Origin: an uncultured Gammaproteobacteria bacterium
GTDB taxonomy: Bacteria; Patescibacteriota; Patescibacteriia; Magasanikbacterales; UBA922
Length of the DNA: 57,286 bases
Assembly (NCBI GenBank): GCA_964374115.1
Contig: CAYJXK010000002.1
Location: forward strand, 1-57,286
Direction of reading: 5' to 3'
Below are positions 8,755 through 17,008 of this stretch, in pieces. Both the position numbers and the translations under genes were made by a program. The number at the start of each line of letters is the position of its first letter. Position 1 is the first letter of the stretch. Under the pieces are notes generated by a model, which was not told where the DNA came from, searched no databases, and saw nothing but the letters and a program-made list of their open reading frames with translations.

Positions 8755-8807
8755 ATATCAACCTGTGTCCGGCCGCGGTCGGACGGCAGTGGTTGATATG
8801 TTTTTTT
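8755..8807 (+). terminator. Intrinsic terminator/attenuator hairpin between infA and rpmJ
   Basis: A 9-bp stem ATATCAACC/GGTTGATAT encloses a GC-rich inner hairpin and is followed by GTTTTTTT. Confidence 0.6.
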
Positions 8808-8814
8808 GTATCTT

Positions 8815-8955
8815 ATGAAGGTGCAGGCATCGGTAAAAAAAAGATGTAAGAAATGCAAAGTGGTTCGCCGACAAGGGGTTGTTTATGTGATTTGTGAAAT
8901 CGCGCGCCACAAGCAACGACAGGGAAAGAAACAGAAGAAAAGAGCAGCATCATAA
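8815..8955 (+). CDS. rpmJ: 50S ribosomal protein L36, with a 9-aa basic C-terminal extension
   Basis: Hand translation gives [46 protein letters not shown]. It is below the ORF-track length cut-off. It sits in the canonical position between infA and rpsM. Confidence 0.9.
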   Translation: MKVQASVKKRCKKCKVVRRQGVVYVICEIARHKQRQGKKQKKRAAS

Positions 8956-8963
8956 CTTTTATT

Positions 8964-9350
8964 ATGCGTGTCGCAGGTATTACAATTCCAAAGGAAAAAC
9001 GCGTGGTGATCGCTCTTACCTATGTGTATGGAATCGGTTCACCGAATGCCCGATCGATTCTCAAGGTTTCTCGTGTCTCAGAAGATATTCGAGTGAAGGA
9101 TCTGACACGAGAACAAGAAGACGCGATTCGTAGCGTGGTGGAGCAGACGTATAAAACCGAAGGTGATCTGCGTCGAGAAGTTTCGAGTAATATCAAGCGA
9201 CTCAAAGATATTAAATGTTATCGGGGTGTTCGGCATACCAAGCGTTTGCCTGTGCGAGGACAGCGTACCAAAACGAATTCCCGCACTGTTCGTGGAAATA
9301 AGCGGAATCTTGCGCCAAGTGGCAAGAAACCGTCGGCGCAAAAAACCTAA
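8964..9350 (+). CDS. rpsM: 30S ribosomal protein S13
   Basis: [25 protein letters not shown]... matches the S13 family, and the gene order fits. Confidence 0.96.
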   Translation: MRVAGITIPKEKRVVIALTYVYGIGSPNARSILKVSRVSEDIRVKDLTREQEDAIRSVVEQTYKTEGDLRREVSSNIKRLKDIKCYRGVRHTKRLPVRGQRTKTNSRTVRGNKRNLAPSGKKPSAQKT

Positions 9351-9369
9351 GGTTAAAGGTAATGAAACT

Positions 9370-9771
9370 ATGGTAAAAACTGTTCAAACAACCAAAACAA
9401 AGAAAAAGAAGAAAATTATTCAGCAGGTGAGCCATGCACGCGCCTATATTCAGGCCACATTTAATAATACAATCGTCACTGTTACCGATCAGAATGGTGA
9501 CGCGCTTGGTTGGAGTAGCGCCGGAGGTGTGGGATTCAAAGGACCAAAAAAGGCGACGCCGTATGCCGCGAGTCAGGTGGTCAAAAAAGTGGCGGAAGCG
9601 CTCAAGCCCTATGGCGTGAAAGAAGTAAGCGTATATATCAAAGGAATTGGCGGAGGACGCGAGGGGGCCATCCGAGCGTTTCACACCAATGGAATACAGG
9701 TGCTTTCTATAAAAGATGTCACACCCATTCCGCATAATGGCTGCCGTCCGCCCAAGAGACGACGAGTATAA
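9370..9771 (+). CDS. rpsK: 30S ribosomal protein S11
   Basis: ...HARAYIQATFNNTIVTVTDQNGDALGWSSAG...PHNGCRPPKRRRV. The start was set at the internal ATG (MVKTVQ). Confidence 0.93.
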   Translation: MVKTVQTTKTKKKKKIIQQVSHARAYIQATFNNTIVTVTDQNGDALGWSSAGGVGFKGPKKATPYAASQVVKKVAEALKPYGVKEVSVYIKGIGGGREGAIRAFHTNGIQVLSIKDVTPIPHNGCRPPKRRRV

Positions 9772-9801
9772 TGTTATAATGACAACTCCGAACTATTATT
9801 T

Positions 9802-10425
9802 ATGGGACGATACATTGGACCAAAAAATAAAATTGCAAGACGTTTTGGCATTCACTTGGGTCTCAAAACGAATCCGACAAAAGTCGCGCGTCGCCTTCAG
9901 CAACCGCCTGGCGTGCATGGGCAGAGACGACGACCAACTCGACGTTCTTCTTTTGGAGAACAACTCCTTGAAAAACAAAAGGCAAAATTTTTATACGGAA
10001 TCCGCGAAGAACAATTTCGTCGGTATGTGCGGGAAGCAACACGACGTACCGGTGACTCTGGGATCATGCTCCGCCAGACGCTCGAATTCCGACTTGATAA
10101 TGTCGTGTACCGGATGGGATTTGCAGGCACACGAGCGCAAGCCCGCCAATTTGTGAATCACGGCATGTTTGATGTGAATAAGAAAAAGATGGATATTCCA
10201 TCGTATGTGGTTCGGATAGGCGATGTAGTCACGCTTCGGGAGACGAAGAAAAAGAAGAAGATTTTTGTTTCGGTGGGAGAGCAGCTTCGCCGCCATACCC
10301 CTCCGTCGTGGATCGCTCTTGATCCTGAGAAACAAGAGGGAAAGATCCTTCATGCTCCCAAAGATGAAGACATGGAAAAAATTTTTGATGTCAAACCAAT
10401 CATCGAGTATTATTCATCTCGATAA
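9802..10425 (+). CDS. rpsD: 30S ribosomal protein S4
   Basis: MGRYIGPKNKIARRFG..., with an S4 domain (LDNVVYRMGFA). Confidence 0.96.
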   Translation: MGRYIGPKNKIARRFGIHLGLKTNPTKVARRLQQPPGVHGQRRRPTRRSSFGEQLLEKQKAKFLYGIREEQFRRYVREATRRTGDSGIMLRQTLEFRLDNVVYRMGFAGTRAQARQFVNHGMFDVNKKKMDIPSYVVRIGDVVTLRETKKKKKIFVSVGEQLRRHTPPSWIALDPEKQEGKILHAPKDEDMEKIFDVKPIIEYYSSR

Positions 10426-11264
10426 TGCACATCACTATGGAGCATATATTTCTTCCGACGACCATCGAATTTCAACAGACGAAGGATCCTACCATAGGTA
10501 AGGTAGTCATTTTGCCTTGTCATCAAGGGTATGGGACCACGATTGGCAATGCCCTGCGTCGTGTTCTTCTCTCATCTCTTCCTGGCGCGGCAGTGGAATG
10601 TGTGAAGATTGATGGAGTGCAGCACGAATTTTCCGCCATCGAAGGAGTACAGCAGGATGTGATAGAGGTTATTTTGAATTTAAAACAATTAGCGGTTCGC
10701 TGTTTTTCCGATGAACCAGTCGTTGTGCATGTATCAAAAAAGGGAATGGGCAACGTGACCGCGGCAGATATTGAAAAAAATTCCGCTGTCGAAATTGTGA
10801 ATCCGGATGTGGTGATTGCCACGATCACGGATAGCAAAAAGACTCTCTCGATGGATATCACCATCGGGAAAGGCCGAGGATATGTGTCTGCCGCAGAAAA
10901 AGATACGAAACATTTGGATTTGGGAACCATCGCGATTGATTCATTGTACACGCCTATTCGAGATGTCGGATATCATGTCGAGCTCACGCGTGTCGGCGAT
11001 GTGACCGATTACGAGAAGCTCCTGCTGACGGTTGCGACGAATGGAACCATTACCCCGCGAGAGGCGATTCGGCAAGCGACGAGAATTCTCATGGATCACT
11101 TTGCGCTCCTTCTCGATGTTGCGCAAGAAGAGGAAGCCCCATCGATTTCGACAAAGACAGATCAGGCCAAAGAAGACACTTTGGAAGAAAAGAGTGAAGA
11201 AGTCGCAGAAAAAGAAGCGACAGCAGAAAAACCTCGGACACGAAAAAAGAAATCAGCATCATAA
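10425..11264 (+). CDS. rpoA: DNA-directed RNA polymerase subunit alpha. It is short and has an acidic/basic tail in place of a recognisable canonical C-terminal domain.
   Basis: N-terminal domain motifs (GYGTTIGNALRRVLLSS, LDLGTIAIDSLYTP) and the gene order. The start overlaps the rpsD stop (TAATG). Confidence 0.9.
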   Translation: MHITMEHIFLPTTIEFQQTKDPTIGKVVILPCHQGYGTTIGNALRRVLLSSLPGAAVECVKIDGVQHEFSAIEGVQQDVIEVILNLKQLAVRCFSDEPVVVHVSKKGMGNVTAADIEKNSAVEIVNPDVVIATITDSKKTLSMDITIGKGRGYVSAAEKDTKHLDLGTIAIDSLYTPIRDVGYHVELTRVGDVTDYEKLLLTVATNGTITPREAIRQATRILMDHFALLLDVAQEEEAPSISTKTDQAKEDTLEEKSEEVAEKEATAEKPRTRKKKSAS

Positions 11265-11299
11265 ATGATTCAATCTGACATCTGATATTTAGTCATCGT

Positions 11300-11650
11300 A
11301 TGCGACATCGAAAGAAACAAGTAAAATTAGGAAGAAAGACTGACGCGCGACATGCGCTTCTGCGGCGAGGAGTCGAAAGTCTTGTGATTCATGGAGCGAT
11401 TCGAACAACAAGCGCCAAAGCGCGCGCCATTCGGTCTCTTGCAGAGCATCTTATCACTGTTGCAAAGACTGGCACACTCACTGCTGAGCGGCGTATCCGC
11501 AAAGAACTCACCGACGAAAAGGCAGTGAGGAGTATGATGCGGAACGTTGGTCCCAAATATCGTGAGCGGATGGGTGGATATACGCGCACGATTCATCTCC
11601 CCTCCCGTGTCAATGATGGAGCCGACATGGTACGGATCGAGCTTGTCTAA
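11300..11650 (+). CDS. rplQ: 50S ribosomal protein L17
   Basis: MRHRKKQVKLGRKTDARHALLR...TTSAKAR matches the L17 family. Confidence 0.95.
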   Translation: MRHRKKQVKLGRKTDARHALLRRGVESLVIHGAIRTTSAKARAIRSLAEHLITVAKTGTLTAERRIRKELTDEKAVRSMMRNVGPKYRERMGGYTRTIHLPSRVNDGADMVRIELV

Positions 11651-11663
11651 TTTTGAGATTTGT

Positions 11664-12032
11664 ATGAAGCAACAAAACGTCAAAAAGGCCAATGAACATG
11701 TGATTGACGCATCTGGAAGAGCAGTCGGGAGAGTGGCGACAGATGCTACACGGATTCTTACAGGCAAGCACATGGCTCGATACGCGCGAGATCGTGATAT
11801 GGGAGAATCGGTTCGGATTATTCACGCAAAACAAGTTTCGTTTTCAGGAAGAAAGCTCGCCCAAAAAGATTATCGGCACCACACTATGCATCCGGGAGGA
11901 CTGAAAGTCACCTCGATGCAGCGCGTATTTGAAAAGGATCCTGGGTCTGTTCTCCGCCGAGCGATCCATGGGATGCTTCCGAAAAATTCTTTTCGAAAAA
12001 AAATGATGAAAAGGCTTTTTATTGACCGTTGA
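11664..12032 (+). CDS. rplM: 50S ribosomal protein L13
   Basis: HVIDASGRAVGRVATDATRILTGKH...HHTMHPGGLK. The start was set at the internal ATG (MKQQN), 14 nt after the rplQ stop. Confidence 0.9.
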   Translation: MKQQNVKKANEHVIDASGRAVGRVATDATRILTGKHMARYARDRDMGESVRIIHAKQVSFSGRKLAQKDYRHHTMHPGGLKVTSMQRVFEKDPGSVLRRAIHGMLPKNSFRKKMMKRLFIDR

Positions 12033-12055
12033 CAATGAACATTTAAATTAGCTTT

Positions 12056-12454
12056 ATGGCAGAAGAAAAAACAACACTGCGAACTGTGGGCCGAAGAAAG
12101 ACCGCGGCAGCGCGGGTACGTCTCACGCTCGGAACAGGAGCTATTATGATCAACGGAAAATCACTCGAGATCTATTTTCCTCTTGCCTTGTTGCAAGAGA
12201 CTGTTGTCTCTCCTCTCAGCGTTGTGAGTAAACGAGACGATTTTGACGTTTCCGTAAAAGTACGTGGTGGAGGAGTACATGGGCAGGCGGGAGCGGTGCG
12301 TCATGGGATTGCGCGCGCGCTTGTGACATGGAATCCTGAATGGCGCAAAGCCCTGAAAGCCGAAGGATTTCTCACTCGTGATCCTCGAGCCAAAGAGCGC
12401 AAGAAACCGGGATTGTATCGAGCGCGACGTGGGCATCAGTGGAGAAAAAGATAA
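12056..12454 (+). CDS. rpsI: 30S ribosomal protein S9
   Basis: ...GRRKTAAARVRL...GGGVHGQAGAVRHGIARAL...KPGLYRARRGHQWRKR. Confidence 0.96.
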   Translation: MAEEKTTLRTVGRRKTAAARVRLTLGTGAIMINGKSLEIYFPLALLQETVVSPLSVVSKRDDFDVSVKVRGGGVHGQAGAVRHGIARALVTWNPEWRKALKAEGFLTRDPRAKERKKPGLYRARRGHQWRKR

Positions 12455-12461
12455 AAAAATG

Positions 12462-12500
12462 AAAAGAGATGCGTCAAAAGTGGCGCATCTCTTTTGAGTT
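12462..12500 (+). terminator. Rho-independent terminator after rpsI
   Basis: A 12-bp stem AAAAGAGATGCG / CGCATCTCTTTT with a 10-nt loop, followed by a T-rich run. Confidence 0.75.
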
Positions 12501-12541
12501 TTGAGTTTCTATTGTACACTGTTGGTTGTATGGCTTCAGTC

Positions 12542-13963
12542 ATGAAAAATACGGCCATTATGACACTGGCCTCTGTATTGCAGAAGGTAATTTCTTTTGG
12601 TTACTTCGCCTTTCTGGCTCGTGCGCTTGGGGCAGGGGATTTGGGAAAATATGGAACCGCGCTTTCGCTTGCGGCAATTATGGTGGTATGTGTAGACATG
12701 GGATTTACGAATGTATTTATTCGTGAATCATCGAAAACGCGTGAACGGATACAGGAATATCTTTCCACAGTTCTGTCTGCCAAAATACTCTTTGGGATTG
12801 GGACATATCTTGCTCTTTTGCTCGTAGCCAAGATTCTGCGCTATGAATCGGATGTGCAGATACTGGTGGCATTAGCCGGCATCACGATGCTTTTGGATTC
12901 TGTGCATCTCACGTTGTATGGCGCTATGCGAGCGCTTGGCACGGTGCGCTATGAAGCGCGTGGAATTATTTTTTCTCAATTCGCTACGTTTGTTTTTGGG
13001 GCCATATTCTTATCGCGTCATTTTCCGCTCTGGTCATTGATGATGGCATTTATTATTCCTTCTTTGGGAAATATATTGTACGCCTTCCGCCTCTTGCAAA
13101 AGAAGTATAGGCTCTCTATTCGACCGCGTTTCGAGAAAACACTCTTTCGTTCATTCGCGCGCCTCTCTTTTCCATTTGCTTTGGCTGCCATTTTTGCGAG
13201 GCTGTATGGAAACACTGATCTCCTCATGGTCAAAAGTCTTGCTGGGAACCATGCGGCCGGGCTGTATAGCACGCCGTATAAAATCAGCACGGCCTTTCAA
13301 TTCATACCCCTTGCCCTCATTGCCGCGACCTATCCGGCCATGAGCGCGGCATTCGCGAATGATCGAGCCTATCTCACACGCGTATTTCATGATTCATTCA
13401 AATATCTCCTCATGATCTCGCTCCCGATTGCTTTTGGTATTTTTTTGCTCGCGCCTGAGATCATTCTTTTTATTTTTGATCGGGGATTTGAAGGATCCAT
13501 ACAGCCGCTCAAATATATTATTCTTGGCATGGTTTTTACGTTTTTGAGCTTTCCAATCGGCGCGCTTTTGAATGCGTCAAACAAACAGGCAACCCAAACA
13601 GCGATTATGGGTGTTGTCATGGTGATAAATCTTGTCCTCGATTTTTTTCTTATTCAAAAATATGGGATTACGGGCGCCGCCATCGCGTCGCTTATCGGAA
13701 GCATCTTATTGCCTGTGGCTGGTTTTCTTTTCGTCTCTCGTATTATTCCGGTCTCGTATGGTTCGCTGTTCCAAGCGATTATTCAGGTTGTTGTTTCGGT
13801 TGGTGCGATGGGAGGAGTCATCTTCGCAATGAAGGAGTATGTGCCGCTGTCCATAACGATTCTTTTGGGAGGAATTGTGTATATCGGAATGATATTTTTG
13901 CTTCGAGTTGTGACATTTCGTGATGTGAAAGAGATGATGGGGCTGTTTCGGCGTGGTGCGTAA
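12542..13963 (+). CDS. Polysaccharide/oligosaccharide flippase (MOP superfamily, Wzx-like)
   Basis: About 470 aa and 12 or more TM segments, with a typical N-terminus (KNTAIMTLASVLQKVISFGYFAFLAR). The start was chosen at the ATG at 12542. The ORF track starts at a TTG at 12494. Confidence 0.8.
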   Translation: MKNTAIMTLASVLQKVISFGYFAFLARALGAGDLGKYGTALSLAAIMVVCVDMGFTNVFIRESSKTRERIQEYLSTVLSAKILFGIGTYLALLLVAKILRYESDVQILVALAGITMLLDSVHLTLYGAMRALGTVRYEARGIIFSQFATFVFGAIFLSRHFPLWSLMMAFIIPSLGNILYAFRLLQKKYRLSIRPRFEKTLFRSFARLSFPFALAAIFARLYGNTDLLMVKSLAGNHAAGLYSTPYKISTAFQFIPLALIAATYPAMSAAFANDRAYLTRVFHDSFKYLLMISLPIAFGIFLLAPEIILFIFDRGFEGSIQPLKYIILGMVFTFLSFPIGALLNASNKQATQTAIMGVVMVINLVLDFFLIQKYGITGAAIASLIGSILLPVAGFLFVSRIIPVSYGSLFQAIIQVVVSVGAMGGVIFAMKEYVPLSITILLGGIVYIGMIFLLRVVTFRDVKEMMGLFRRGA

Positions 13964-13975
13964 ACCGTAGCCTCA

Positions 13976-14004
13976 TTGGAATAAGGCAACGCTCGTGCTA
14001 CAAT
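13976..14004 (+). promoter_or_regulatory. Strong promoter candidate TTGGAA-17-(TGc)TACAAT upstream of the glycosyltransferase genes
   Basis: TTGGAA at 13976-13981, a 17-nt spacer ending in an extended -10 TG, and TACAAT at 13999-14004. Confidence 0.6.
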
Positions 14005-14010
14005 ACGACC

Positions 14011-14182
14011 ACATGCTATAGATCTCTTGCAGAAAAACATTCCGGCTCATTTTCCCAAATTTTGGCTGCAAAAGGCTTAAGCCTCCTCCGCGTAGTTCTG
14101 CGGCGAAACATCGTCGGCTATTCACCTTTTTCGCTCAAAATTTGAAAAAATTATCTCAAAAGCTTATTCTGCAAGAGGTCTT
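14011..14182 (+). promoter_or_regulatory. Structured ~170-nt leader (or single-copy MITE) closed by a 14-bp long-range helix next to the start codon
   Basis: GATCTCTTGCAGAA (14021-14034) pairs with TTCTGCAAGAGGTC (14167-14180), with one G.U pair. The helix ends 2 nt before the ATG at 14183. There are internal hairpins such as GGCTTAAGCC. Confidence 0.4.
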
Positions 14183-15325
14183 ATGAAAAAAGTCCTTCTT
14201 ATTACATTGGAATACCCTCCCCAGATAGGGGGGATTGGCGTGTATACGCATCAGATCGCGAGTGGATTTCCGAAGAATATCGCGGTTCTCGCTCCACTCC
14301 ATCATGACGCGGCAGTTTGGGACAGCGCTGTCCCGTATTCGGTGTATCGCAAAAAATTTTTGTTTCCAACATGGATATGGCCTCGGTGGTTGAGGTTGTT
14401 TTTTGTTGTATGGAAACTTGCGAACAAGGAACAGGTGACATCACTCTTTATCCACCATGCATTGCCGGTGGGATATGTGGGGTTTCTTCTCAAGCGGTTG
14501 AAAAAAATTCCATACGTTCTTTTTTTTCATGGAGCAGATATGACGAGCGCCAAGAGCCAGACGCCGTGGAAAAAACGGATGATTCGGTTTGTTGCCAGTA
14601 ATGCGGATCTCTGCGTGGTCAACAGTCAGGCAATGAAAAAAAGACTCGAGGATATTATCGGATCGGAAAAATTTATCGAAATACTTTTCCCTTGTCCAGA
14701 ATCGGCATTTTTTACGCCTTCCTCCAAAGAAGAGACAGAGACAGTGCGTAATCGGTATGCGCTCGATGGCAAGACGGTGATGCTGTCTGTTTCGCGTATT
14801 GCTGAGGGCAAAGGCTACCCGCATCTTGCTCGGCTTATGCCGCGACTCTTAGTCCGATTTCCGCATTTAGTGTGGGTGATTGTAGGAGACGGACCCAAGC
14901 GAGCTGAAGTGGAAAAACTCATTGATCAATTGTCACTCCAGAATGTGGTCCGTTTTGTCGGAGCGCTTCCTCGAGAAGATCTTCGGACCCTGTATGGAAT
15001 CGCTGATATTTTTGTTCTGCTCACGCATCCGGATGACGTGCGGGGAGAAGAGGGGTTTGGCATTGCGTTTCTTGAAGCTGCTCACGCTGGCGTGCCTGTT
15101 GTCGCAGGGCGCACAGGAGGTGTCGAGGAAGCAGTGATTCATGGGCGCACCGGCCTTGTTGTGAATCCGTATCAGCTCCCCGAGGTAGAGGAGGCGATTG
15201 TCAATATTTTGTCAAACCATGATGTTGCTACGTCTCTCAGAAACGCGGCAAAAGACCGCGTGCAGACAGAATTTCAGTGGAAGAAACAGATCGAAAAGCT
15301 GCGATCTTGGGTGGAGGGGGTATGA
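14183..15325 (+). CDS. Glycosyltransferase family 4 (GT-B, RfaG-like)
   Basis: N-terminal PPQIGGIGVY and the C-terminal EEGFGIAFLEAAHAGVPVVA (E-x7-E) motif. Confidence 0.9.
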   Translation: MKKVLLITLEYPPQIGGIGVYTHQIASGFPKNIAVLAPLHHDAAVWDSAVPYSVYRKKFLFPTWIWPRWLRLFFVVWKLANKEQVTSLFIHHALPVGYVGFLLKRLKKIPYVLFFHGADMTSAKSQTPWKKRMIRFVASNADLCVVNSQAMKKRLEDIIGSEKFIEILFPCPESAFFTPSSKEETETVRNRYALDGKTVMLSVSRIAEGKGYPHLARLMPRLLVRFPHLVWVIVGDGPKRAEVEKLIDQLSLQNVVRFVGALPREDLRTLYGIADIFVLLTHPDDVRGEEGFGIAFLEAAHAGVPVVAGRTGGVEEAVIHGRTGLVVNPYQLPEVEEAIVNILSNHDVATSLRNAAKDRVQTEFQWKKQIEKLRSWVEGV

Positions 15326-15343
15326 TGTCTCAAAGAAAAATAT

Positions 15344-16075
15344 ATGCGGCCTCTCATTAGCATTATTATTCCTCTCTATCGGCAAGAGAAAGAACTCGCG
15401 TTAGCGCTTCAATCTATTGGACGGCAATCCTATCGGCCGATTGAGGTGATTGTGGTGGATGATAATGAGGTGAAGAATGATCAGTTAGGGATGAAGAATA
15501 TAGCATTTTCTTTTCCTCTTATTTTCCTTCAGCCATCCCATAGTGGCGCGCCAGGAGCGAGAAATAGTGGATTTCAGGAGTCAAAAGGGGCGTATGTGAT
15601 TTTTTGGGATGCGGATGTGGTAGGAGAGCCGGGCATGATCGAGAAGATGGTGAATGAACTTGAGAAGAATGCATCCGCAAGTTTTGTGTATTGTAATTTT
15701 TATTTTGGTTGGAAAAAGATGAGAGGGCAATCGTTTGATCTCTCTGAACTTCGGAAGAAAAATTATATCATGACGACCAGTCTTATTCGTCGAGAACATT
15801 TTCCATTGTTTGATGAGTCGCTCAAGCGGTTTCAAGATTGGGATCTTTGGCTCACTCTTGCCGAGCAAGGAGAAAAGGGAATTTGGATTGACGAATATCT
15901 TTTTCGAGTAAAACCTGGGGGTACGATGAGCACATGGCTTCCATCATTCGCATATCAAAAACCTTGGAAATGGATTCCGGGGTTTCGAAGACGGGTGAAG
16001 GAATATGAAAAGGATCGAGCGGTGATAGTGCACAAGAGAGAGGTGGGGAGGAGACGTCACGATGATACGACGTGA
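15344..16075 (+). CDS. Glycosyltransferase family 2
   Basis: ISIIIPLYRQE..., a DD at VVVDD, and FWDADV (a DxD-like motif). Confidence 0.88.
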   Translation: MRPLISIIIPLYRQEKELALALQSIGRQSYRPIEVIVVDDNEVKNDQLGMKNIAFSFPLIFLQPSHSGAPGARNSGFQESKGAYVIFWDADVVGEPGMIEKMVNELEKNASASFVYCNFYFGWKKMRGQSFDLSELRKKNYIMTTSLIRREHFPLFDESLKRFQDWDLWLTLAEQGEKGIWIDEYLFRVKPGGTMSTWLPSFAYQKPWKWIPGFRRRVKEYEKDRAVIVHKREVGRRRHDDTT

Positions 16076-16082
16076 CGTCTCC
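16050..16082. terminator. 12-bp perfect hairpin straddling the GT2 stop codon, between convergent genes
   Basis: GGAGACGTCACG-atgatacga-CGTGACGTCTCC. There is no clear U-tract. Confidence 0.45.
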
Positions 16083-16099
16083 TTGAGTGATCCATGTTG

Positions 16100-16312
16100 T
16101 CACCTTCCTTTCTTGTATCGTTGGAGAACACGGCGAAGAAAGAGGGCTCGGTTTTTTGTCGCTCCGCTCCCAGTCGCTCGCTCCAGAAGTATAGCGAGAA
16201 CACCCGGTTTGTCCCAAAGAGCAAATGGAATGTCTAGGCCATAGCACCGAAGGGCGCGCAGAAGCTCACGCTGAAGCAGCTTCTTTGTTTTTCGTCGGCT
16301 TATCCGTTTCAT
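16100..16312 (-). CDS. Small, very basic hypothetical protein (~70 aa)
   Basis: ORF 16100..16330(-). A consensus promoter ends 2 nt before the first ATG, so the second ATG (MKRISRRK...) is the likelier start. No family recognised. Confidence 0.5.
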   Translation of the reverse strand: MKRISRRKTKKLLQRELLRALRCYGLDIPFALWDKPGVLAILLERATGSGATKNRALFLRRVLQRYKKGR

Positions 16313-16332
16313 GGCACACTCCAATGCCATTC

Positions 16333-16361
16333 ATTTTAGACGTTTTTGATCATTCTGTCAA
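16333..16361 (-). promoter_or_regulatory. Consensus promoter TTGACA-17-TAAAAT on the minus strand
   Basis: The reverse complement reads TTGACAgaatgatcaaaaacgtcTAAAAT, with hexamers at 16356-16361 and 16333-16338. Confidence 0.6.
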
Positions 16362-16373
16362 TAGTGACGTAGT

Positions 16374-16430
16374 GAAATTCATATCGAGTTTTTTCCTTTC
16401 GCGCGTCAGACACGGAAACTCGCTATGAGT
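16374..16430 (+). repeat. Family B element, short form, directly abutting MITE-A copy 2
   Basis: GAAATTCATATCGAGTTTTTTCCTTTCGCGCGTCAGACACGGAAACTCGCTATGAGTT. Confidence 0.75.
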
Positions 16431-16612
16431 TACTGACTCTTAACACGTATCTCAACACTACAACCTATGATTTTGGTCACCTTCTCGCCCTTCACCATAA
16501 AAAATCCTCACTGTATCTACGGATACACCTGCGGTTTTTTACGGCTCCAGGGCTTCGAATCTGACTCAAAATAATACCGTGTATTCGTTTAGGTACGTGT
16601 TAAGAGTCAGTA
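16430..16612 (+). mobile_element. MITE-like element, family A, copy 2 (183 bp)
   Basis: About 97% identical to 140..321 with the same 22-bp TIRs. TA is present at both ends. Its right TIR contains the last codon and the stop codon of rnhA. Confidence 0.85.
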
Positions 16613-17008
16613 GTGTTTATCTAATATGGCGTTCACCTCTCGATCCGCTTCTTTGTTGTACTCTCGCAAAACATGTTGTATCGTTGCTTTTTTGAATTGT
16701 TGCATCTCGTTCCACGCTTCTATAAATAATTTTTGAATGTGTGGTTTTTTTACTTTCCATTTTCTGTTCAATTGTTCGACGATTAATTTGCTATCAGCGA
16801 TGCACGTTACTTCTGTTGCGCCAAGAGCACGCGCTTTTTTGAGTCCAGAAATAATAGCGGAGTACTCGGCAACATTGTTCGTTTGTCTCCCAAGATATTC
16901 TCCATAGGACGAGATGACATTGCCGTGACTATTTTTGATAACAACGCCAGTCGCCGCAGGCCCCGGATTGCCACGGGAACCACCGTCTGTGTAGATAGTA
17001 AGTTTCAT
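16607..17008 (-). CDS. rnhA: Ribonuclease HI
   Basis: YTDGGSRGNPGPAATG...NNVAEYSAIISGL...NKEAD, which carries the DEDD-type residues. A 4-nt ATGA overlap links it to recJ. Confidence 0.92.
   Translation of the reverse strand: MKLTIYTDGGSRGNPGPAATGVVIKNSHGNVISSYGEYLGRQTNNVAEYSAIISGLKKARALGATEVTCIADSKLIVEQLNRKWKVKKPHIQKLFIEAWNEMQQFKKATIQHVLREYNKEADREVNAILDKHY

Noticed and set aside
10425-11264. Short RpoA with a Lys/Glu-rich tail as a possible novelty
   Set aside because: The N-terminal assembly domain is normal. I cannot judge whether the C-terminal domain is absent or only divergent without a profile search, so this is noted in the feature only.
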